This document shows, piece after piece, positions 9,334 to 19,148 of a stretch of 64,000 nucleotides of DNA. Under the pieces are notes generated by a model that had not been told where the DNA came from, made no database searches, and saw only the letters and a program-made list of their open reading frames with translations. The stretch covers positions 10,417 through 74,416 of the forward strand of contig JAIFLN010000005.1 in assembly GCA_020049045.1 (NCBI GenBank), given 5' to 3'. The stretch's first letter is position 1. Every line of letters begins with the position of its first letter. A program made the position numbers and the translations under genes. Source of the stretch: Spirochaetota bacterium (GTDB taxonomy: Bacteria > Spirochaetota > Spirochaetia > JABEVK01).

Positions 9334-10182
9334 TCACCCCAGCGGAAACAAGGGTTTGACTCCCCTCGACAAAATACGAAGTTCTTCAATTTCTTCTTTG
9401 CTGGGTTCCTGAAAGGGACTGGCCGTTTCCAATGCCCAACGAAACCATTTGAGGTATCCCGGTGACAACGCTGCAGTGATCCCCTGGGCTAAAGTGTAAC
9501 GGAAAGCCAGTTTGGCGTGGCGTTCCTCAGAGAGCGGTTCATACCAGGTTTTTTCCAAAATTTTTTCCGCCCCTTCGGCAAGTTTGGTGCGTGCCATACC
9601 TTTAAGAGCAAGGATTCCCATATTCTGTTTTTTTGCTTCTTCCAGCACAGGCAGAGAAAAACTCCCCTCGAGAAGGTTGACCCAGTTGAGGGGGTACAAA
9701 ACCGAGTCAAAGCGATAACGCGCCATCAAGGCCAAGGCGGCTTCCTGCGAATGTGCCGAAAAACCGATATAGCGGATCAACCCTTCCCGCTTCGCCTTTT
9801 CAAAGCTTTCCATGGCACCATCGGGACCAAAAATGGTCTCAACCTCTTCCATCGTGGTGACAGCATGAAACTGGTAGAGATCAAAATGGTCGGTTCCCAG
9901 CTTCTGCAGAGACGCCGTTAAAAGATCCCAGGCTCCTTGCCGTGTACGGTTTTCCGTCTTACAAGCGAGGAAGACACGATTTCGCTTGTTCCTTAAAGCA
10001 GGTCCCATCCTGTCTTCCGCATCAAAATAGGTCGGGGCGGTATCGAAATAGTTTACACCGGCATCGAGGGCTTCATCGACCAACTTATTCGCTGTCCCCT
10101 GGTCTTCACGTGCGGCCAGAATGCCCCCAAAACCCACAATTGACAGCTTTTCACCAGTATTGCCTAACTGACGATATTCCAT
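9334..10182 (-). CDS. Aldo/keto reductase family oxidoreductase
   Basis: MEYRQLGNTGEKLSIVGFGG is the AKR N-terminal signature. There is an ATG with a GGGGGAG ribosome-binding site. Confidence 0.8.
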   Translation of the reverse strand: MEYRQLGNTGEKLSIVGFGGILAAREDQGTANKLVDEALDAGVNYFDTAPTYFDAEDRMGPALRNKRNRVFLACKTENRTRQGAWDLLTASLQKLGTDHFDLYQFHAVTTMEEVETIFGPDGAMESFEKAKREGLIRYIGFSAHSQEAALALMARYRFDSVLYPLNWVNLLEGSFSLPVLEEAKKQNMGILALKGMARTKLAEGAEKILEKTWYEPLSEERHAKLAFRYTLAQGITAALSPGYLKWFRWALETASPFQEPSKEEIEELRILSRGVKPLFPLG

Positions 10183-10278
10183 ATTCTCCCCCTTTTCATT
10201 TTCATCGTAACACGAACCTATCCAAAGTGGTTTGTGATTTCATTGTTACGGGTTACTTTAAGATTGAGGGGAACAAAG

Positions 10279-13200
10279 ATGAACAGATTCTTTTTTTTGC
10301 TTCTGGCATCCATGACGATTGCTGTTACGACACTCTGGGCGGGTGGTCAACCTGAAGCACCACCTGTGATTCCTCTCGATATTCAAACCCGGCCCTATCT
10401 AGCGCCGGAGAATCCAGACTCAATCAACAAAACCCTCACTCTGCCCTTTGCTCCACAAGCCTCTGGAAAGCAGGTTCTGAAAGCGTGGTCCTTTACGGTT
10501 TATGATGCCTCAGGCAGACAAGTATGGTCGGAATCAAAAACAGAGATGAAAGACAGGGGATTCTTTGGGGAGTTGTTTAACCTTGGTGACCGTCCTCGAG
10601 TCGAAGTTCCTGTGCAGCTGATATGGGATGGAAAATCGGCGGAAAACGGTGACTACACTTTTATCCTGACGGTAACCGACAGCCAGGGTCTGACGACGAG
10701 AACCCCCCCCGTTGCCTTTACCATTCAAAACGCGCCTGTCAGAATCACCCGCCTTGGAATTGACTATGCGATTTTTTCGCCGAGAGGCAAACGGAATACC
10801 GTTACAGTCCGCCAAGCAGGAACCAGGGAGCTTCGCTGGGAAGGAACTTTTATCGATACTTCTCAGAAACCTGTTCGATCCTTCCTTTGGGAAAACACTT
10901 CCAATCAGGTTTTGGCAGACCAGGCACCACAGGATTTTGAATGGGATGGAAAGGACGACAACGGTCAGGTTCTTCCAGAAGGGGAATATCATTATTCCTT
11001 GAAAGGGACAAACAGGGCAGGAGCTTCGGTGATCCAGATTCTGGATCAACCGGTCGTGATCAGTGAAAAACCTGGTGTCCTTCGGCTGACTTCGGAACAG
11101 AACATCTTTTCAACCCGTGCCGACAAGTCCTGGCCGACGGTGTTTACCTTCCGCCCTGATTCGGGAAATGCAGAAGGTCTTGTCGATTGGGCTGTTACCA
11201 TAACCGATCCCAATCATCCCAAAGTCGCTCTTTGGTCCAAAACAGGAAAGGCTCCACTCCCTGAAACCCTGGTCTTCGAAGGAAAGGACCTCCTGGGGCG
11301 TGCTTTGCCGGAAGGGAAGTATCAGGCACTTTTGAGTGCCAACTTCAACAATGGTAATTCTGGAGAGTCACCCGCCAATACTTTTGAAATTGATTTGACC
11401 CCACCGCAAGGAAGTCTTCAAATTGCTCAAAAAACTTTCGGTGGAACTGGTCGTTTGACCTTGCCAGTCGTTTTCGTCGGAGACGGTAATGTAACGTGGA
11501 CCCTGGAAATCCTTGGCCCTGGCGCCAAGTCCCTGCGGAGTTTTCCTCTGGGGGACGTCGGAAAAGCCTCGCTGGAGATTCCTTCCACCGATTCCACAGG
11601 GAAACCCCTCCCTGATGGTCCCTATACCCTTCGTGCCACGGCTCACGACCGCGCGGGAAACCTGGGTAGCTCCCTAGCGGCGATCACGAAAGATACCCGA
11701 TCCATGAAGGTGTCTCTGAATCCTTCTTCCTTGGTCTTGGTGCCCGGCAACTCGGTCAATGGAACTGTCACGGTCGCTCCCGTCCTGGAGGTTCCCGATT
11801 CGGTTGTCCGGTCTATCTGGAGTGTTGCATCACTCGATGCCAAGGGTGTCGAAAGCAAACCGGTTGATCAGAAAACCATTGAGGCCGATGTACCGGCGTA
11901 TGAGTGGGCCCCGGGTAGAAGTCTACCGGACGGAGCTTACAGGATTTCTCTTTCGGTGACGTATTCCAACGGAACTGTGAGCCAGGCACAGAAAGATCTT
12001 CGGATCGACACCAATTACCTGAAAGAACCCCAAGGAACTTTAACGGTGTCTGCACCTGTTTTCGGTGGCAATGAACGGACAGTCTTCACGGTGTTTTTCC
12101 GAGGGGATTCAGGAATACCATGGCAACTTTCACTGCTCGATAAAACAGGGAAAGAGATGGGTCAGTATCCGCTGGGTTCGGGCGGTGAAGCGTCCGTTAC
12201 GATACCCACCGCTGCCGAGGGCCCTCTCGCTGACGGTGTTTACACCCTTAGAGCTACGGCCAAAAGTGTCGCAGGTGTCGCTGGAACCATCATGGCGACC
12301 ATAAAAAAAGACAGTCGGCCCATGAAAGCCTCCCTCGATCTTTCCCGCGGCGTCCTCGTTCCGGGAAAAGGTGCCAATGGTCAGGTTCGTATTACTCCTT
12401 TGCTGCAGGTTTTGGACTCGGTTGAAACCTCTACTGTCGAAATCCGCTCTCCCCTCGGACAGGTCTTCACTCAAGAATCGAGGACCGGTTTGATGACTTT
12501 TTGGGATTGGGACGGTAAGAATGCCACAGAGACCGCAGCCGACGGTATTTACAAGGTTTCATGGACAGTCCGCTATGCCAATGGAAACCTGTCAAAAGCT
12601 TCGGCTGACTTGAAAGTCGATTCCACCGAACTTCAAGGAACACTTGCTGTCTCAGCACCGGTTTTCGGCAGCACAAACCGCCCTTCCATCTCTGTCACCT
12701 TTGCGGGAACACCTGGTTACCTCTGGACACTCGATATCCTTGACAAGGCTGATAAGTCCATACGGCAGTTTCCATTGGGAGACACAGGAAAGGCAGCCCT
12801 TGAGATCGGTACCGATGCGGCCGGTAAGCCGCTTCCCGATGGAGTCTACACACTTCGAGCTTCAGCCAAAAAGGACGAGGGCATCACAGGAACGGTGATA
12901 ACATCCATCAGGAAGGATTCCCGTCCGTTGAAGGTTTCAATTGATCTCTCCTCGCCTATTCTTGTTCCAGGAAACAGTCTGAATGGAACAGTCAAGGTGA
13001 GTCCTGTATTAGAGGTTCTGGATTCCATCGAAACCACAATACTCGGATTATCAGACGCGGAAGGCCGCACCATTGATGAGAAAACCTGGCAGGGTCTTGT
13101 ACCCTTCTGGGAATGGGATGGAAAAGACCCTCTCGGAAAAGCCCAGCCGGATGGAATGTATCGACTGACACTAACCGTAGCCTATGCCAACGGTGCGAGA

Positions 13201-14613
13201 AGCCAGGCCCAGAAAGAACTGAGGATCGATTCCACCTACCTGAAAGAACCCCGGGGAAATCTGACTTCGACTTCTACGGTTTTTGGAGGCTTGGGCCGTC
13301 CCGGTGTCACGGTTTCGTTTGAAGGCGACCAGGGAATTTCCTGGAACTTGGAGATCCTTGGCATGGATGGGAAAACGGTGGTCCGCTATCCTCTGGGCGA
13401 TACCGGGAACAACAGTTTTGAATTCCAGGGATTGGATGATCAGAAGCGGGTACTTCCCGATGGCCCTTATACCCTCCGTGCTTCAGCCGTCAGCAAGGCC
13501 GGGGTCTCCGGTACCGCTCTTTTGCAGCTCCGCAAAGACAGCCGCCAGGGCAATGCATCCCTCGACCTTTCCCGAACCGTGCTTGTCCCTGGTCGCGGTG
13601 CCAATGGAGTCGTGAGGATCACTCCGATTCTGGAAGTCGTGGACTCGGTTGAGAAGACGGTGTTGAGTGTCTTGGGTCCCGATGGAAAAACCATCGGGGA
13701 AAAATCCAGCGAGGGCACGGTTCCGTTCTGGGATTGGGCAGGACAGGACAGCAAAGGAAAAAATCTTGGCAACGGTACCTATCAGATTGCTCTGACAGTG
13801 AACTATGCCAATGGTTCGGTGGCACGGGCTCAAAGCGAGGTGAAGATCGATTCCACCTACCTCAATGATCAGGGCCCGCTGGTAGAAATGACGCTCTCAA
13901 CCAAGACCTTTGCACCCAACAATGTCGATGGCCCCACCGATCTGACGGTGCTGATCAAGACAACCGAAGGGGTGGTTCCGGTTGCCAGCTGGCAGCTGGT
14001 TGTCCTGGATCCACGGGGAAAACCTTTCAGGCAATGGACAGGAAAAGGAATACCGCCCAAAAGCGTGTATTGGGATGGTAAATCGGACACCGGCGAAAAT
14101 GTGGAGTCGGGGGAAGACTATCAGCTACAGCTGAGGGTTTCCGATACACAGAACCATGTTACCCGCAAGCAGGAAACGGTGACCATTGACATCTCGGTGA
14201 TCAAACTGGCCGAAGGCAAATACAAGATTGTGGTCAGTTCCATCCAGTTTGCCGGCTATTCTTCCGACGTCTTCAAAGTGCAAGGCGAGTTGCTGACCAA
14301 GAATCTGTTCGTTCTGAAACGCCTGGCCAACGCCCTCGGCAAATTCCCCGGGTACAAGATCCGGTTGGAAGGCTATGCGGTCAGCGAGTTCTGGAATGAC
14401 CCCAAGACGGCAGAGTGGGAACAGAGAACACAGTTATTGCCCCTTTCGCTCGATAGGGCGCAGGCGGTCAGGAATGTCATGGTTCTTTTGGGAATAGAGC
14501 CAGAGCGGTTCGCCGTTCAGGGATTTGGCGGCGACCGGCCCATAGTCCCCAATTCTGATCTGGAAAATCGCTGGAAGAACAGGCGGGTCGAGTTTTACCT
14601 CGACCGTACCTGA
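10279..14613 (+). CDS. Giant secreted repeat protein (1444 aa) with tandem FlgD-Ig-like repeats and a C-terminal OmpA/MotB peptidoglycan-binding domain
   Basis: Signal peptide MNRFFFLLLASMTIAVTTLWAGG. Recurring DG(P/V)YTLRA(T/S)A.D.AGN motifs. The C-terminus (...RVEFYLDRT) is OmpA_C-like. A GAGGGG ribosome-binding site precedes the start. Confidence 0.8.
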   Translation: MNRFFFLLLASMTIAVTTLWAGGQPEAPPVIPLDIQTRPYLAPENPDSINKTLTLPFAPQASGKQVLKAWSFTVYDASGRQVWSESKTEMKDRGFFGELFNLGDRPRVEVPVQLIWDGKSAENGDYTFILTVTDSQGLTTRTPPVAFTIQNAPVRITRLGIDYAIFSPRGKRNTVTVRQAGTRELRWEGTFIDTSQKPVRSFLWENTSNQVLADQAPQDFEWDGKDDNGQVLPEGEYHYSLKGTNRAGASVIQILDQPVVISEKPGVLRLTSEQNIFSTRADKSWPTVFTFRPDSGNAEGLVDWAVTITDPNHPKVALWSKTGKAPLPETLVFEGKDLLGRALPEGKYQALLSANFNNGNSGESPANTFEIDLTPPQGSLQIAQKTFGGTGRLTLPVVFVGDGNVTWTLEILGPGAKSLRSFPLGDVGKASLEIPSTDSTGKPLPDGPYTLRATAHDRAGNLGSSLAAITKDTRSMKVSLNPSSLVLVPGNSVNGTVTVAPVLEVPDSVVRSIWSVASLDAKGVESKPVDQKTIEADVPAYEWAPGRSLPDGAYRISLSVTYSNGTVSQAQKDLRIDTNYLKEPQGTLTVSAPVFGGNERTVFTVFFRGDSGIPWQLSLLDKTGKEMGQYPLGSGGEASVTIPTAAEGPLADGVYTLRATAKSVAGVAGTIMATIKKDSRPMKASLDLSRGVLVPGKGANGQVRITPLLQVLDSVETSTVEIRSPLGQVFTQESRTGLMTFWDWDGKNATETAADGIYKVSWTVRYANGNLSKASADLKVDSTELQGTLAVSAPVFGSTNRPSISVTFAGTPGYLWTLDILDKADKSIRQFPLGDTGKAALEIGTDAAGKPLPDGVYTLRASAKKDEGITGTVITSIRKDSRPLKVSIDLSSPILVPGNSLNGTVKVSPVLEVLDSIETTILGLSDAEGRTIDEKTWQGLVPFWEWDGKDPLGKAQPDGMYRLTLTVAYANGARSQAQKELRIDSTYLKEPRGNLTSTSTVFGGLGRPGVTVSFEGDQGISWNLEILGMDGKTVVRYPLGDTGNNSFEFQGLDDQKRVLPDGPYTLRASAVSKAGVSGTALLQLRKDSRQGNASLDLSRTVLVPGRGANGVVRITPILEVVDSVEKTVLSVLGPDGKTIGEKSSEGTVPFWDWAGQDSKGKNLGNGTYQIALTVNYANGSVARAQSEVKIDSTYLNDQGPLVEMTLSTKTFAPNNVDGPTDLTVLIKTTEGVVPVASWQLVVLDPRGKPFRQWTGKGIPPKSVYWDGKSDTGENVESGEDYQLQLRVSDTQNHVTRKQETVTIDISVIKLAEGKYKIVVSSIQFAGYSSDVFKVQGELLTKNLFVLKRLANALGKFPGYKIRLEGYAVSEFWNDPKTAEWEQRTQLLPLSLDRAQAVRNVMVLLGIEPERFAVQGFGGDRPIVPNSDLENRWKNRRVEFYLDRT
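11404..13875 (+). repeat. Four tandem, diverged repeats of about 610-625 nt (about 205 aa) inside the giant OmpA-family gene
   Basis: Protein-level periodicity: each unit begins ...QG(T/S)L.(V/I)S.(P/T)VFGG, contains DG.YTLRA.A....G..G and ends ...(K/E)(L/V)(R/K)IDSTYL(K/N). Unit boundaries are approximately 11404, 12030, 12640, 13250 and 13875. Confidence 0.7.
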
Positions 14614-14627
14614 TCGTCACGGGGGGA

Positions 14628-15491
14628 TTACTGACCCAGGAGCTGGAGGGTCGATTGGGAGCGCTGGTTGGCCTGGGCCAACATAGCGTTGCCCGATTGG
14701 ACCAGAATCTGGTTCTTGGTGTAGTCGACCATCTGTTTGGCCATATCGACGTCTCGAATACGGCTTTCGCTGGCCTGAAGGTTTTCGGCTCCGATGTCGA
14801 TTCCTTTGCCAGCGAATTCCAGCCGGTTCTGATAGGCTCCAAGATCAGCCCTCTGTTTGCTCACCCGATTGAGAGCCGCGTCAAAGGTCATGATGGCGCG
14901 GTTGGCATCTTCAGCGTTTTCCAGTGAGATCTTTTTCCCATCTCCCAAATCCTTGAGCCCAAGGGAGGCAGAAGTGACAGTTCCGACATAGACCCGTGTC
15001 CGCTGGTCCACATTCGCACCAATATGGAACCACATAGCGGAAGGTACTGTATTGGTTCCCTCTTCACGGGCAAAGGCTCCCGTCAAAAGATTCATTCCAT
15101 TGAACTGGGCATGCGAGGCTACACGGTCGATCTCATCGACCAGCTGGCTGACTTCAACCTGAACCTGCTGGCGGTCCTGTGCGGTATAAATTCCATTTGA
15201 GGATTGTACGGAGAGTTCTCTCAGCCGTTGCAGGATATCCTGAGTTTCTTGAAGGTAGCCCTCAGTCGTCTGAAGAAACGAGATTCCATCGTCAGCATTC
15301 CTGGAAGCCTGTCCCAATCCCCGGATCTGAGACCGCATCTTTTCCGAAACCGCCAAACCTGAGGCATCATCACCGGCCTTATTGATCCGGAACCCAGAAG
15401 CAAGTTTTTCCATGTTCCGAGAGACATCTTTGACCGAATCGCCTTGGACCCGCTGGGCGTTAATGGCACTCATGTTGTGGTTGATAATCAT
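14628..15491 (-). CDS. flaB: Flagellar filament core flagellin FlaB
   Basis: [14 protein letters not shown]... is the conserved flagellin N-terminus and ...[17 protein letters not shown] the conserved C-terminus. It is 287 aa, the spirochaete FlaB size, with a GGAGGAG ribosome-binding site. Confidence 0.9.
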   Translation of the reverse strand: MIINHNMSAINAQRVQGDSVKDVSRNMEKLASGFRINKAGDDASGLAVSEKMRSQIRGLGQASRNADDGISFLQTTEGYLQETQDILQRLRELSVQSSNGIYTAQDRQQVQVEVSQLVDEIDRVASHAQFNGMNLLTGAFAREEGTNTVPSAMWFHIGANVDQRTRVYVGTVTSASLGLKDLGDGKKISLENAEDANRAIMTFDAALNRVSKQRADLGAYQNRLEFAGKGIDIGAENLQASESRIRDVDMAKQMVDYTKNQILVQSGNAMLAQANQRSQSTLQLLGQ

Positions 15492-15565
15492 TTCGTTGCT
15501 CCTCCTTTTTCCCATCGGATGTTTTTCCATCGTCATCAAGAGAAAAAATAGGGTATCCTGAATCT

Positions 15566-17866
15566 ATGGCCGAATCCTTTCTAGAAGCACTTCGTTCCGA
15601 TCCCAGTTTTGCCGCCCAGGTACAGGCCTGGCATACTTTCCCCGAAAGAGAGGGGCGCTACAGCGCCTTTCCCGAAGATCTCTCGCCCCGTTTGGCAGAA
15701 GGCTTGCGTCGGAGAGGAGTCGAAAAACTCTACAGTCACCAAGCACAGGCTTTCACCGCAGCACGAGAGGGCCGCAACGTTCTTGTAGCTACCCCGACCG
15801 CCAGTGGAAAGTCCCTATGTTACAATCTGCCGGTTATGCAGACCCTGTTGGAGCATCCTGAAGCACGCGCCCTGTACCTATTTCCCACCAAGGCTCTCAG
15901 CCAGGATCAACAATCTGAACTGAACGAGACAACTTTGGGAGCTGACCTGGGTCTGAAGATTTCCACCTATGACGGCGATACCCCGACCAGCCTGCGCGCT
16001 TCGGCCCGTGAAACGGGTCAAATTATCATTTCCAACCCCGATATGTTCCATTCGGGCATTCTTCCCAATCATCCCAAATGGATTAAGTTCCTCAAGAACC
16101 TCCGTTATGTCGTCGTTGACGAGGTCCACACCTACAGGGGAGTTTTCGGAAGTCAGGTAGCCAATGTTCTAAGGCGGCTGCGCCGTGTCGCGGCTTTTTA
16201 TGGGGCAAATCCTCAGTTTATCGCCTGCTCGGCCACGATTGGGAATCCCCGGGAACATGCCGAAGCTCTTTTGGGTGTACCGGTTGAACTGGTAGACCAA
16301 TCAGGAGCGCCCTCGGGTCGGCGGCATTTCGTACTCTACAATCCCCCCCTGGTCGACCGGGTTCAAGGAATTCGGCGGGGAACCGTCAATGAAGCGCAGG
16401 CTCTTGCGGTCAAAGTGCTCACAAACGGCCAGAAAGTCATTGTGTTTGCCCGCAGTCGGGTGCGTGTCGAATTGATCGCCAGCTACATCAAGGAACGTCT
16501 GGCTAATCTCTATACGGACAACAAACGGATTCGGGTTGAAAGCTACCGCGGAGGGTATCTTCCGAATGAACGCCGAGAAATCGAGAAGGGGTTGCGGGAA
16601 GGGACCATCCAGGGCGTGGTCAGCACCAATGCTCTGGAACTGGGCATCGATATCGGGGGACTCGATGTGGCAATTCTGGCGGGTTTTCCCGGCAGCGTCA
16701 GTTCGGTCTGGCAACAGGCTGGCCGGGCAGGCCGAAGGCAAACTGAAAGTCTGGCAATTCTGATTGCCAGTTCCTCACCGCTGGATCAGTACATGGTGGC
16801 CCACGACCAGTACTTCCTGGAGAGGCCCCCTGAGGCAGCCTTTATCAACCCTGAAAATCCCTACATCTTGATGGAGCACATCAAATGTGCCGCTTTTGAG
16901 CTCCCTTTCGAGGGAAGATTGGACACTGTGAACGACGCTTTTTTTTCCCAGGCAGCTCCTTTTCTGGGTGTTCTGGAGGAAGAGGGAACGGTTCGTCATA
17001 CAGGGGGAAAGTGGTACTGGTCTGGTCTGGCCTACCCCGCTGAAAATGTCAGCTTGCGAAGCGCCACCGCCGAGAACATCGTCATAATCGATACCACTGG
17101 TGGTAAAAACCAAGTTCTTGGTGAGATGGATCGTCCCAGTGCGAAGGAGATGATTTTCCCCCAGGCAATTTACCTTCACCGTGACCGCCAGTTCTTTGTG
17201 TTGGAGCTGGATTTGGCCAACCGCCGTTGCCTTGTTGAGGAACGCGATGTCAATTTTTACACCGATGCTGTCGTGAAAACGGATCTGAAAGTCCTTCATG
17301 AGGATCAACGGTTCAATGGGCCAGGGTGTACCCTTGTTTTGGGTGATGTCCTGGTGCGGACACAAGTCAGCCGCTTTAAAAAGCTGAAATTTCATACCCA
17401 TGAAAATATCGGTTACGGCGAAGTGGCGCTTCCCGAAGAGCAGATGCACACCCGAAGTCTGGCCCTGATTTTTGAGGAAGGCCGTGCGGCAAGAGCGCTT
17501 GACGGTCTTCCAGAAGAGTTGAAGGGACCCGTGATGGCGCGCATCGGTCACCTTCTGCATGCCGTCGCGCCGGCATTCTTGCTTTGCCAAGGACAAGATT
17601 TTGGTGTCTCAGAACGGCTGAAGGACCCTCATTTTGATGCCCCGGCAATCTTTGTCTATGACCAGTCACCAGGTGGATCTGGTCTAGCGGAAACCCTGGT
17701 AAGCCAGCTTGAAAAGGTTCTGGCAGCGGGTGCTGATCTGGTGGCCGCCTGCCCCTGCCGGGAAGGGTGTCCCAGCTGTGTCGGCCCGCGGGACCCCGAA
17801 GAGGAAATCGGTTTGAATCCCAAGGAAGGCCTTTTGCAACTTCTCAAAGGTTGGCTGGAGGTCTGA
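15566..17866 (+). CDS. DEAD/DEAH-box helicase with a C-terminal DUF1998 zinc domain (MrfA/YprA-like)
   Basis: ATP-binding motifs ATPTASGKS and DEVH. The C-terminal Cys cluster CPCREGCPSCVGP is typical of DUF1998. Confidence 0.75.
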   Translation: MAESFLEALRSDPSFAAQVQAWHTFPEREGRYSAFPEDLSPRLAEGLRRRGVEKLYSHQAQAFTAAREGRNVLVATPTASGKSLCYNLPVMQTLLEHPEARALYLFPTKALSQDQQSELNETTLGADLGLKISTYDGDTPTSLRASARETGQIIISNPDMFHSGILPNHPKWIKFLKNLRYVVVDEVHTYRGVFGSQVANVLRRLRRVAAFYGANPQFIACSATIGNPREHAEALLGVPVELVDQSGAPSGRRHFVLYNPPLVDRVQGIRRGTVNEAQALAVKVLTNGQKVIVFARSRVRVELIASYIKERLANLYTDNKRIRVESYRGGYLPNERREIEKGLREGTIQGVVSTNALELGIDIGGLDVAILAGFPGSVSSVWQQAGRAGRRQTESLAILIASSSPLDQYMVAHDQYFLERPPEAAFINPENPYILMEHIKCAAFELPFEGRLDTVNDAFFSQAAPFLGVLEEEGTVRHTGGKWYWSGLAYPAENVSLRSATAENIVIIDTTGGKNQVLGEMDRPSAKEMIFPQAIYLHRDRQFFVLELDLANRRCLVEERDVNFYTDAVVKTDLKVLHEDQRFNGPGCTLVLGDVLVRTQVSRFKKLKFHTHENIGYGEVALPEEQMHTRSLALIFEEGRAARALDGLPEELKGPVMARIGHLLHAVAPAFLLCQGQDFGVSERLKDPHFDAPAIFVYDQSPGGSGLAETLVSQLEKVLAAGADLVAACPCREGCPSCVGPRDPEEEIGLNPKEGLLQLLKGWLEV

Positions 17867-19128
17867 TGGCCGATCTCTGGGAAAGACTGAGGGCAGCAAA
17901 GGTCCGCAATGAGACTCAAGAACGGAATTCCAAGACGGCAATTGAGCCGGATAACACCGTCGATGCTGCACCGCCAGGGTGGTCTTGGGTGGCTCCCCTT
18001 GTTGCTGAGCGCACCGTGACCTTTGAGCTGGAAGCTGGATTCTGGGGCCATTTCCAATCTCATCTCAGCCCTTCAGATTGGTATGGCGTGCTTTGCTTCG
18101 ACACGGAAACAACCGGGCTTTCCGGGGGAGCTGGCACAGTGGCATTCCTTGTTGGCTGGGCTTCGCTGGTTCCCACTTCGAATCCGGAATGCCCTGTTGT
18201 CGAGGTCCGGCAATGGTTTCTTCGCGATTTATCCGGTGAAGCGGATATGGTGGCCCTTGTAGAGCAAGCACTCCTCGGCGCAGATGAACTGGTGAGCTTC
18301 AATGGAGCGTCATTCGACCTGCCTTTGCTGCGAAGCCGTTGGGCCCTGAACGGACGGTCCTTTCCCAACATTCCCCACAGGGATGATCTTCATGCCGCAC
18401 GGAGACTCTGGAAACGTCTGCTGGAATCCTGCCGGCTATCCCGCCTGGAGGAAACAGTCCTCGGTATACAAAGAATCGATGACGTGCCCGGCAGCCTCGT
18501 GCCCGTCCTCTGGTTCGACTACCTGCGCAGCGGTGCCGCCCCAGACTTCCTCACTCCGCTCGAAGGCGTACTGCGTCATCATGCCCAGGATGTGTACTCA
18601 CTCCTTTGTTTGGATCTCGTACTTGCTTCGTTAAGGAAAGAACCCGCCAATCTTCGTTGGAAAGAGACCTTTGGGCCGTTTCCTCATCGAAAACATCTCG
18701 CTCGACCAACTTTGGAAGGCCTGCTCCACCCCGACTTGGGCAGAGAAACGCCTGTCGATTTCTGGGGTTTGCTTGACCTGCAGAAAGCCGAAACCCGTGT
18801 GGACAGGCTAGAACAGGCTTGGTTACAGAAGCAAACCGAACCTCTGGGCTTGGCTTGGGCGGATCATCTCAAGCGGCTTAAGAGCCCACAAGCCGTCGAA
18901 ATCTGGACACAGCTCTGGACGCAAAACCGTTCCTTTCCAGCACTCGAGGAATTATTGAAGTGGCTGGAACACCGTGAAAAGGGACCAGAAGCCCATCGCC
19001 ATGCCCTAGAATACCTCAGCGACGCCTTTCAATCTCCCTTTCTCCCTCAGGCCTGGAAAACCAGCTTAGAAAAGCGAAAAAAACGATTGCAGGAAAAAAA
19101 TCCACCGAGTCATCCATCTTGGGCTTAG
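17866..19128 (+). CDS. DnaQ-like DEDDh 3'-5' exonuclease (MrfB/YprB-like), translationally coupled to the helicase
   Basis: The Exo I motif CFDTETTGL occurs at the internal Met MADLWERL. The start overlaps the helicase stop (TGATG). Confidence 0.65.
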   Translation: MADLWERLRAAKVRNETQERNSKTAIEPDNTVDAAPPGWSWVAPLVAERTVTFELEAGFWGHFQSHLSPSDWYGVLCFDTETTGLSGGAGTVAFLVGWASLVPTSNPECPVVEVRQWFLRDLSGEADMVALVEQALLGADELVSFNGASFDLPLLRSRWALNGRSFPNIPHRDDLHAARRLWKRLLESCRLSRLEETVLGIQRIDDVPGSLVPVLWFDYLRSGAAPDFLTPLEGVLRHHAQDVYSLLCLDLVLASLRKEPANLRWKETFGPFPHRKHLARPTLEGLLHPDLGRETPVDFWGLLDLQKAETRVDRLEQAWLQKQTEPLGLAWADHLKRLKSPQAVEIWTQLWTQNRSFPALEELLKWLEHREKGPEAHRHALEYLSDAFQSPFLPQAWKTSLEKRKKRLQEKNPPSHPSWA

Positions 19129-19148
19129 ACTAGGTGTTCCCCTAGGAG

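Noticed and set aside
15492-15565. Sigma-28-type promoter upstream of flaB
   Set aside because: Only a weak CCGATGG resemblance to the GCCGATAA -10 element and no convincing TAAA -35. Left uncalled.
16775-17596. 273-aa minus-strand ORF
   Set aside because: Lies entirely within and antisense to the DUF1998 helicase gene, which has clear motifs.
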